This document shows positions 31,002 through 40,300 of a stretch of 41,253 nucleotides of DNA, in pieces. The translations under genes were made by a program, and so were the position numbers. The notes under the pieces are model-generated. The model was not told the origin of the DNA and made no database searches. It was given only the letters and a program-made list of their open reading frames with translations. How positions within the stretch are numbered: the stretch's first letter is position 1; every line of letters starts with the position of its first letter. The stretch is from assembly GCA_041180765.1 (NCBI GenBank), contig JBEGQU010000023.1, positions 1 through 41,253 of the forward strand, in the 5' to 3' direction. Source of the DNA: Chloroflexota bacterium (GTDB lineage Bacteria > Chloroflexota > Limnocylindria > Limnocylindrales > Limnocylindraceae).

Positions 31002-31708
31002 ACGCCCAGGTAGGCCTCTTTCACCTTCGGGTTGCTGGCGAGCTTCTTCGCCTCGTCGCCGAGGGTGATCTCGCCGATCTGCAGGATGTAGCCGCGCGAC
31101 GCCAGGTCCAGCGCCATCATCGCGTTCTGCTCGACGAGCAGCACCGCCGTCCCCTGGCGGTTGATCTCGCGGACGATGTCGAAGATCTGCTCGACGAGGA
31201 TCGGCGCCAGGCCCATCGACGGCTCGTCGAGGAGCAGGACCTTGGGCCGGCTCATGAGCGCGCGCCCGATCGCGAGCATCTGCTGCTCGCCGCCCGACAT
31301 CGTGCCGGCGGCCTGGTTCTCGCGCTCCTTGAGGCGGGGGAAGAGGTCGAACACCTTCTTGAAGTCGGACGCCACCTCGGGCCCCTGCTTGCGCAGGTAG
31401 GCGCCCATCTCGAGGTTCTCGCGCACCGACATGCGCGCGAAGACGCGTCGCCCCTCGGGGGCATGCCCGACGCCCATGCGCACGATCTCGTGCGCCGGGG
31501 CGGCGTGGATCGGCTTGCCGGCGAGGGTGATGCTCCCCGAGCGCGCCCGCTCGAGGCCCGAGATGGTGCGCAGCGTCGTCGTCTTGCCGGCGCCATTCGA
31601 ACCGATGAGCGTGACGATCTCGCCCTCGTCGACGGCCAGCGAGATGCCGCGCAGGGCGTGCACCGCGCCGTAGTACGTGTGGACGTCCTTCAGCTCGAGC
31701 AGTGCCAT
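30998..31708 (-). CDS. livF: Branched-chain amino acid ABC transporter ATP-binding protein LivF
   Basis: ..LLELKDVHTYYG.., GSNGAGKTT, MSGGEQQMLAIGRAL, LLLDEPSMGLAP. Confidence 0.9.
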   Translation of the reverse strand: MALLELKDVHTYYGAVHALRGISLAVDEGEIVTLIGSNGAGKTTTLRTISGLERARSGSITLAGKPIHAAPAHEIVRMGVGHAPEGRRVFARMSVRENLEMGAYLRKQGPEVASDFKKVFDLFPRLKERENQAAGTMSGGEQQMLAIGRALMSRPKVLLLDEPSMGLAPILVEQIFDIVREINRQGTAVLLVEQNAMMALDLASRGYILQIGEITLGDEAKKLASNPKVKEAYLGV

Positions 31709-31721
31709 CTCCGCCCTCCTC

Positions 31722-32737
31722 TCAGTGCCCGGCCGCGGCGCCGCGGCCGAGGTAGGCCTCGATCACGCGCGGGTTGGCGCGGATCTCGGCGGGGAGCCCC
31801 TCGGCGATCTTCTCGCCGTGGTCGAGCACGGTGACGCGATCCGAGATGCCCATGACGACGCGCATGTCGTGCTCGATCAGCAGGATGGTGATCCCGAGCT
31901 CGTCGCGGATGCGGCGGATCAGCGCCGTCATCTCGGCGGTCTCCTTGGGGTTCATCCCCGCCGCCGGCTCGTCGAGCAGCAGCAGCTTCGGCTTGCCGGC
32001 GAGGGCGCGGGCGATCTCGAGCAGGCGCTGGTTGCCGTACGGCAGGCTGCGCGCGATCTCGTTCTCGTAGCCGGCGAGACCGACGAATGCGAGCAGGCGC
32101 CGCGCCTCGGCCTCGGCAGCGCGCTCCTCCTCGGCGGCGGCACGGGTGCTGAACATCGAGGCGAGGAAGCCGGCTCTCAGCCCCGCGTGCATGCCCACGA
32201 GGATGTTCTCGAGGGCCGTGAGCGAGCGGTAGAGCCGGATGTTCTGGAACGTGCGCGCCAGGCCGGCCTCGACCATGTCGTTCGGACGCGCCGGTCGCGA
32301 GACGCCGATGCGCGCGACGGCGCGCACGTACCAGGCGGGGCGGACGATGTTGAGCAGCAGCGCGCCGGTGAAGCCGAGGAGGGCGAGCACCACGGAGCCG
32401 ACGCCCGGCAGGAAGCCCGCCTCGCCGCCCACGCCGAAGAGGAACCAGGCGGCCGCCGCGGCGAACGGCAGGATCGCGGCGACGAGCACGAGCAACTCGC
32501 GCTGTTCGCCGCGCGAGGGGCGGACGAGGTTCACGCCGTCGAGCTCGATCTCGCCCTCGGTCGGCGCGTAGATGCCGGCGATGACGTTGAAGAAGGTCGT
32601 CTTCCCTGCGCCGTTCGGGCCGATGATCGCCGAGATCGAGCCGCGCGGGATCTCGTAGTCGACGCTGTTCACGGCCACCAGGCCGCCGAAGCGGCGGGTG
32701 ACCCCCTTGGCGCGCAGGATCGGCCCGGCGCCCTTGC

Positions 32738-32741
<4 letters not shown>
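31722..32741 (-). CDS. livG: Branched-chain amino acid ABC transporter ATP-binding protein LivG, with a hydrophobic insertion of about 75 aa
   Basis: ..RRFGGLVAVN.., GPNGAGKTT, ..RTFQN.., ..LPYGNQRLLEIARAL.., LLLDEPAAGMNP. The ATG overlaps the livM stop (ATGA). Confidence 0.85.
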
Positions 32742-33861
<1,120 letters not shown>

Positions 33862-33865
<4 letters not shown>

Positions 33866-34881
33866 GCGCGATCGCCCGTGTGCGAGCCGAGGAGCCCCGT
33901 GGGGCGGAAGACGAGGAAGACGACGAGGAGGCTGAAGACCACCGCACCGCCCCATCGCGAGAAGCCGAGCACGACCGCCGCCACCTCGATGAAGGCGATG
34001 AGGAACCCGCCGAGCGCCGCGCCGGCGGTGTTGCCGATCCCGCCGAGCACCGCCGCGGTGAACGACTTCAGGCCGGCCTGGTAGCCCACCTGGAAGTTCG
34101 TGTTGCCGTAGTAGAGGCCGTGGATCACGCCGGCCGCACCGGCCAGCCCGGAGCCGATCAGGAACGTGACCATGATCGTGCGGTCGATGTTGACCCCCAT
34201 GATCGCCGAGGCATCGCGGTCCATGGAGGTGGTGCGCATCGCCCGGCCGGTGCGCGTGCGCGAGATGAAGAGCTGGAGGGCGATCATCAGCGAGACCGAG
34301 ACGGCGATGATGAAGATGTTCAGCAACGGTACCCGCACCCCCTCGAGGTCGACCGCCCAGGTGTTCGGGAAGAGCTGCGGCACGTTGTAGCCATACGGCC
34401 CGACGAGGTATTGGATGATGTTCTGCAGGATGAAGCTCACGCCGATCGCGGTGATCAGCGGGGCGAGCTTGGGAGCCCGGCGCAGCGGACGATAGGCGAA
34501 GCGCTCGATCACGGCGCCGACCACGGCCATGAAGGCGATCGTCAGCGCAAAGGTGATCAGCAGCGAGGCGCCGAGGAGCGGGAGGTCCTGGATCGCGCTC
34601 TTCTGCCCGAGCAGGGTGGAGCTGACGAACATCGTCACGAAGGTCGAGACCATGAAGACGTCGCCGTGGGCGAAGTTGATCAGCTCGATGATGCCGTAGA
34701 CCATGGTGTAGCCGAGGGCGATGAGCGCGTAGATCGCGCCGAGGGTGAGGGCGTTGACGAACTGCTCGAGCCCCATCCAGGCGAGCGCTGCGGCGAGGAA
34801 GGCGGCGATCGCCAGCGGGAGCGTCAGCGCACCGCGGCGTGCGGCCGTGTTGACCTGGCCCGCTTCGCCCTGTGCCGCCAT
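33862..34881 (-). CDS. livH: Branched-chain amino acid ABC transporter permease LivH
   Basis: ..GAIYALIALGYTMVYG..INFAHGD... ATG 34881 is preceded by GGGAGGA. Confidence 0.85.
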
Positions 34882-35000
34882 CGATCCTCCCTGCTCCCCA
34901 ATCGGCGTCTGCCGCAGGGGTCGCCTGTGCGTGGCGCCCATTGTCGCGGGCGGCAGGGCGGGGCGCAAGGGGGAGGCGCCTTCGGCACGGGGCACGTCGC

Positions 35001-35041
35001 CGAAAAGCATCGGGCCCCGGAGCCTTGCGGCTCCGGGGCCC
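35001..35041 (-). terminator. Intrinsic terminator/attenuator after the liv binding-protein gene
   Basis: GGGCCCCGGAGCC-GCAA-GGCTCCGGGGCCC (13-bp stem), followed on the coding strand by GATGCTTTTCG. A second small hairpin, CGGCGCG-TT-CGCGCCG, lies just upstream (about 35050-35065). Confidence 0.55.
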
Positions 35042-35084
35042 GACATCGCGCGGCGCGAACGCGCCGAACGATCAGGTTCCTAGA

Positions 35085-36278
35085 TTACGGCTCGACCTGC
35101 GAGTCGAACACCCAGTCGCCATTCTCCACCTTGTACAGGGAGATGATCTTCTGGGTGGTGTCGCCCACGTCGTCGAAGCCGACGCTGCCGAGCACCGTGT
35201 TGTACTTGACGCCCGGGTGCACGACCGCGTCGCGGACCGTCTCGCGGGTCACCGTGCCGCCGGCGATGGCGGCCTTGATGCCCTCGATGATGATCTGCGC
35301 GCAGGCGTAGCCCGACGCCGAGTAGGCGCCCGGCTGCTCGCCGTACTTCGCGGAGTACTTCGCGGCGAACGCCTCGGCATCGGGGATGTCGTGGATCGCA
35401 GCGACCGAGCTGAAGCTGTTGGCAGCGTCAGCGCCGGCGATGGCGATGTACGAGCCCTCGCCCGTGCCGTCCTGGATGCCGTCCCCGCCGTAGAACGGGA
35501 CGTTCAGCCCGCCCTGGATCATCGCCTTGCGGACGAGACCAGCGCCGGACGACGTCACGCCGCCGTAGAAGAACGAATCCGGGTTGAGCGCCTTCGCCTT
35601 CGTCACGATGGCCGTGAAGTCGGTGACGGTCTTGTCGGCAGCCTCGCGGCCGACGACGGTCCCACCGAGCTCCTCGAACTTCGCGGCGAACGCATCGGCG
35701 ATGCCCTTGCCGTACACCTCGGTGTCGTCGACGATGTACACCTTGGTCTTGCCGGAGGCGAAGGCGTACGCCGCCACCGCCGGGCCCTGGATGTCATCGG
35801 TCGTCGCAACGCGGATGTAGTTCACCGGGCGACCCTCGCGGAGCGCCGCGCCGGCCTCACCCTTGGTGAGATCCGGGTTGGTGTTCGACGGGGAGCACTG
35901 GAGCAGGCCCGCGGCCGAAGAGACCGGGATCTGCGCCTTTGCCGAACCCGAGTTGAACGGGCCGACGACGGCGACGACCGTGTTGTCGCCGACGAGCGTC
36001 GTCATGTCCGCGGCGGCCTGCGCCGGGTCATGCGCGCCGTTGACGGCGTGGTCGAGCACCTTCACGGTCAGCGTGTAGCCACCGTCGAGGGTGGCCTCCG
36101 AGATCGCGAGCTCCGCGCCCTTCTGGGCCGGGCCGGCCGAGGCCAGCGCCGAGCCGCTGAGCGGGAGGCTGATGCCGATCGTCAGGTTCTTCCCGACGCT
36201 CGACGAGCCGCCGCACGCAGCAGCGAGCAGGGCGACCGCCGCAACCGCGACGAAGCCCTTCTTGTTAAAGACCTTCAT
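35085..36278 (-). CDS. Branched-chain amino acid ABC transporter substrate-binding lipoprotein (LivJ/K-like)
   Basis: Lipobox LLAAACGG. Type-1 binding-protein pattern (..VAVVGPFNSGS.., ..YGGV..). AAGGAGGA lies upstream of ATG 36278. Confidence 0.85.
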   Translation of the reverse strand: MKVFNKKGFVAVAAVALLAAACGGSSSVGKNLTIGISLPLSGSALASAGPAQKGAELAISEATLDGGYTLTVKVLDHAVNGAHDPAQAAADMTTLVGDNTVVAVVGPFNSGSAKAQIPVSSAAGLLQCSPSNTNPDLTKGEAGAALREGRPVNYIRVATTDDIQGPAVAAYAFASGKTKVYIVDDTEVYGKGIADAFAAKFEELGGTVVGREAADKTVTDFTAIVTKAKALNPDSFFYGGVTSSGAGLVRKAMIQGGLNVPFYGGDGIQDGTGEGSYIAIAGADAANSFSSVAAIHDIPDAEAFAAKYSAKYGEQPGAYSASGYACAQIIIEGIKAAIAGGTVTRETVRDAVVHPGVKYNTVLGSVGFDDVGDTTQKIISLYKVENGDWVFDSQVEP

Positions 36279-36299
36279 GAGGTCCTCCTTGCTGTACTT

Positions 36300-36317
36300 C
36301 CCGATCGATCGATCGGG
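36300..36317. repeat. Perfect 18-nt palindrome CCCGATCGATCGATCGGG in the liv leader
   Basis: Read directly from the sequence. It contains three tandem GATC and ends about 10 nt upstream of the AAGGAGGA ribosome-binding site of the binding-protein gene. Confidence 0.6.
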
Positions 36318-36477
36318 CTCTGTCCCGCTCCGGGTGCGCTGCAGACCTGGTGCACGTGGCACCCCGTCGGCTCCGCGCCCGGGTCGGGCTGAGGAACTCC
36401 ATCATGAACGAGGCGTGCGCCGCGGCGCAAGGGTCCCGGGGCGCCGGGGCGCCGGAAGCGCCCGATTGTTCAGGAAC

Positions 36478-37356
36478 CTAAACCTTCGCGGGCGACACGC
36501 CGATCGCGACGAGCAGGGCGCTGCCGGGCGGCAGCTCCACGGCCGTTGGGTCAGCCAGCCTGGCGCTCTCCAGCGGGCGCAACGGCAGGCCGCCGATCGA
36601 GGCCGCGGCGGGCGTGCCCCCCGCCCCCGGGGGCGCGGCGATGAGCGTCGCCACGCCGCCGCGGGCCGAGATCGTCGCGCGGTGCGGCCCGATGTACGCG
36701 GCGACGGAGAAGTGCTGCGTCGACAGGAGCGGCTGCGCGCCGGGACGCGCCCAGTCGATGCGCGCCGGCGGCGCGGCGACCGCCGTGGCATCGAGCGCGC
36801 GGAGGGCCTCGGTGCGTTGCAGCGGGCGCGACGGATCGTCGCGCCCCCAGTCGGCGACGCGGTAGGTGCGCTCCGACGGCTGCTGCACCTCCCAGACGAG
36901 GAGGCCGGGGAGCAGCGCGTGGAGCATCCCGGCCGGCACGTCGAAGACATCGCCCGCGCGGACCGGCAGGCGCGCGAGCAGCCGCTCGACCCCGTCTCCC
37001 GTGGCGACCGCCGCCGCGAGCGCTTCGGGCGCAGCCGCCGCGTCGCGACCGAGGAGCAGCTCGGCGCCGGGCGCGGCATCGAGGATCACCCAAGCCTCGT
37101 GCTTGCCGAGGGCCCCTGCGCCGTGCAGCTCGACGGCGAGCGCATCGCCGGGGTGCACCTGCACGCTCAGCCGCTCGCGGACGTCGAGCAGCTTCACCAG
37201 CACGTCGCCGGCGCGCTCGTTCGCCTCGCCGAACCACGCCTCGCCGATCGGTGCACCGGGGCTGGCGCCCGCAAGCTCTCGGAGGGCCACGCCGCCCCAG
37301 ACGCGCGGCACGAGGCGGGGGGAGATGCGCTCCGGCGTCGGGTTCGGCGTTTCCAC
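36478..37356 (-). CDS. manA: Type I mannose-6-phosphate isomerase-like cupin
   Basis: ..PRVWGG.., ..LSVQVHPGD.., ..KHEAWVILDA.., ..AGDVFDVPAGMLHAL.. (metal-ligand context of class I PMI). The GTG start lies 21 nt after the giant gene's stop. Confidence 0.7.
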   Translation of the reverse strand: METPNPTPERISPRLVPRVWGGVALRELAGASPGAPIGEAWFGEANERAGDVLVKLLDVRERLSVQVHPGDALAVELHGAGALGKHEAWVILDAAPGAELLLGRDAAAAPEALAAAVATGDGVERLLARLPVRAGDVFDVPAGMLHALLPGLLVWEVQQPSERTYRVADWGRDDPSRPLQRTEALRALDATAVAAPPARIDWARPGAQPLLSTQHFSVAAYIGPHRATISARGGVATLIAAPPGAGGTPAAASIGGLPLRPLESARLADPTAVELPPGSALLVAIGVSPAKV

Positions 37357-37377
37357 GCCGCCCAGTCTAGGGGCGAA

Positions 37378-40300
37378 TCAGGGAGAGGCGAAGGTGACGG
37401 TGTACGTGCTGGTGTACGCCGGCCAGTTCGCGCTGGCGGCGACCGTCGCCTTGACCTTGCAGGTCTTGGCGGCATCGCCCGCAACCGGCTTCAACGTCAG
37501 CTTTCCGGAGGCCACGACGCATGCGGCGGCAGCGGCGGTCCCGCCGGTCGCCTCGCTCCAGGTGATCTTCGGAGAACCGGTTGCCGCCTGGTAGCCATCG
37601 GCGCTTGCATCGTCGAAATAGGTGAACAGGGTCAGGGTGCTTGTGCCGATCGCCGGGGCTGCGGGGGGCACCCCCGCGACGTCGCCCGGCGCCGGCGCGC
37701 CGAGCGAGCCCTTGGCGAGCACGTAGGTGGCGACATTCGTCCCGGCGAGATACGGGGCGGCGGCAGCGGCGGTCACGGCGACCTTGCAGGTCCCCGGCTT
37801 CTTGATGTGCAGGTAGGCCCGGCCGCCACTCGATTTGATCTCGCAGTAGGCCGACGAAGCCGATGCGACCGCGTAGCTCTGCACTGCGCCCGAATCTTCG
37901 GCGCTGGCCGGGAGGAGCTGCCAGCCCGTGATCGTCGTCGCAGCGTGCCCGCGCGTGTAGTTGATGGTGCTGCTGCCGAAGCTGAAGACGGCCATGCGCG
38001 CGGTGACGTCGAGCGCACCGCCCCCGGCGCCGAAGATCGGCGTCGCGGGAGCTGCGTCGCCGACCGCCGCCACGCCGACGCCCGCGGCGCCGAAGGCGCT
38101 CTCGTCGACCCCGTCGACGACCATGGCCGGCGCCTCGTCGGCAGAGGCGGGGTAGTCGATGTCGCCCGGCTTCTCGCCGCCGAAGTAGAACCCGTCGGCG
38201 GCGGCCGGATCGTTGACGATGCCCACCTCTCCGGTGGCGGAGGGATCGACGGCGACGGGCTTCAGGGCGCTCGCGGACTCCGCCGCCTCGTCGTCGAGGT
38301 CGGCCAGCGTCGTGGAGGCGGGCATCAGCGACCGCAGGTCGAGCTCCGCCGACACGACGTTCCCGCCAGAGGCCACCACGACGACATCGACCGCTCCCGT
38401 CCCCGGGTCTGCCTCGACGGCGATCGTCTCGATTGAGGAGATCGCGTTCTTGAGGGCGAGCGACGAGCCGAAGCCCATCGGCGCGAAATTCTGCGCGCCG
38501 TCGAGGCTGTAGATGGCGGCAGCGGTAGAGGCAGTCGTGCCGCTCCCCGCACCCTTCTTCACGGCGAACACCAGGCCGGTGTCGCAGTCCATCTTCAGGT
38601 CGCGATAGTCGCCGCCGCGGTAGCCGCTTGTCGAGGTGGTCGGGCTCGAGACCGTGATGCTGTTGCCGAAGATCCCGGCGATCCTGATGATCTTCCCGTC
38701 GTCGTAGCCGCCGGTGCTGCTCTCGTCGGCGATGGCGATCAGGGCAAGGTCCTCGACCGCGTCGGCGATGCCGACGCCGAGCGAGTTGCCGCCGGTCCCC
38801 CCGGCGCCGTCGGTCGGGCAGTAGGCCACGGCACCCACGCGGCCGGGGCCCGTGCCGGACGTCCCCCCCAGGGCGGTGCCCGGATGCTGCACGAAGGTGC
38901 TGCCGCTCAGGTAGTAGATGTCGTCGATGCAGGGCTGCTCGCCTGCGATCCCGGCGTTGCCGTCGGCCTTCAACTTGACCAGCAGCACGGTGTAGGCGTC
39001 GGAAGCGCTCGCGGGGCTCGAGGGGCCCGAGCCGAGCACCACGAGCGCCACGTCGGTCCCCTGGATCCCGGTGATCGACACGGTGTCGGCCTGGCCGGAG
39101 AGCCCGAAGTAGGCGCCGTCGAACATCATGTCGCCCCGGATCCCGACATTGATGGCATCCGCGCATCCGGCGGTCTTCGCCCCGGGATCGCCGGGATTGG
39201 CCCGCTCCTCGCGGATCGCGCCGGCGACGAGGGTCGAGCCGCCCAACTCCTCGACCGGCTGGTCGAAGTCGGTCGTCCGCGCGGCGTCCTTCGCGGCGAG
39301 CCACTCCTCGTCGGTGAAGTGCGCGACCGAGAAGCCTCCGCCGGTGAGCGATCCCGTGAGGATCCAGTTCGTCCCCTGTTCGCCGGCGCCCGTTCCCTCG
39401 TTCGGCCCCTTCCACCAGGAGATCGCGTTCGAGCCGCCGCCGGCGAAGGTGAAGTAGTGCTGCCCGCCGTCGTAGCTGATCACCGAGCGTCCGCCGCCGG
39501 TGAACGAGAAGGTGGCGACCACGCCGTCGGGGTCGGCCGGGTTGAAGGCGGTGTCGCGCACCACTGGCGCGGCGAGGCCGTTGACGGCGAAGCCGCCCGA
39601 GCTGGCGGCCGTCCCCGCATCGGCACGGTTGGCGATGAAGTTCCACGCGCTGTGCGAGGCCTGGGGGAAGAGCGGCACGTAGTTGGCGGTCGCCGCGCCG
39701 GTGAACTTCACGTTGCGGTCGCCGGGGTTGGCCGCCGTCCAGGTGGCAGCCTTGACGAGGCCGCGGGCGCCGTCGCCCGACAGCACCACCGAGCTCCCCG
39801 AGGAGCCGGTCTCGAAGTTGAAGCCGCTGTCGAAGGCCGAGCCGGTGTTGTTGTTCGCGCCGGGCGTGTCCATCACCGCGACGACGCCGTACCCTGCCCC
39901 GGTGCCGTGCCGTTCCCCGGTGTCGTTGCCGATGTCGCTTGTGCCCTTCACGTTGATGCCGTGGACGACGAGGCAGCTGCGGATCATCGCCACCGTGCCG
40001 AAGTACTCGCCGATGGTCTGCCCGAATCCGCCCGAGTCCTGCACGCCGAGCATCGGCGCCACGGAGCCGACCGGACCCGTGGTGTTCTCGCCACAGGTCG
40101 CGGCGGTGCGGCGATTCGGGTTCGGGGCGCACTCGGCGTCACCGCCACCGCCGACCTGGCCGATACGGCCTGGCTGGAGGGATCCGATCGTGTCGCGCCC
40201 CTCGAGGCACCCGCTCTCGACTGCGGAGTTGCCGCCGCGGGAATAGAGGTCGTTCCGAACCGCGTGATCCGTGTCGCCGGTGCCTGCATCGGCATCAAGC

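Noticed and set aside
35066-35084. Shared AGGAACCTGA / AGGTTCCTGA motif immediately after the stops of the liv binding-protein gene (about 35070) and manA (about 36470)
   Set aside because: Only two copies, about 8-9 nt long, with the central dinucleotide inverted. This is compatible with chance in AT-richer post-stop sequence, and I found no further copies in the window.
36420-36460. Tandem GGGGCGCC GGGGCGCC and a GC hairpin after manA, considered as a terminator
   Set aside because: The stem is short and ambiguous, there is no U-tract, and several alternative pairings exist. I cannot distinguish it from background GC-rich self-complementarity.
38400-39500. Possible BNR/sialidase or GH74-type beta-propeller identity for the giant protein
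   Set aside because: Only two loose Asp-box-like motifs (SYDGGQHY, SLDGAQNF) were found. A propeller would show four or more regularly spaced boxes, so I left the function as unknown.
39880-39960. Subtilisin-like His motif (..GERHGTGAGYG..) in the giant protein
   Set aside because: It resembles HGTHV only superficially. I could not find matching Asp (DTG/DSG in the proper context) and Ser (GTSMA) catalytic boxes in the right order.
37367-40132. 921-aa ORF on the same strand as the giant gene but in another frame
   Set aside because: Its translation is extremely Arg/Gly-rich (RRRGR-type) nonsense, whereas the 37378.. frame gives protein-like sequence with internal repeats and high G/C at third codon positions.
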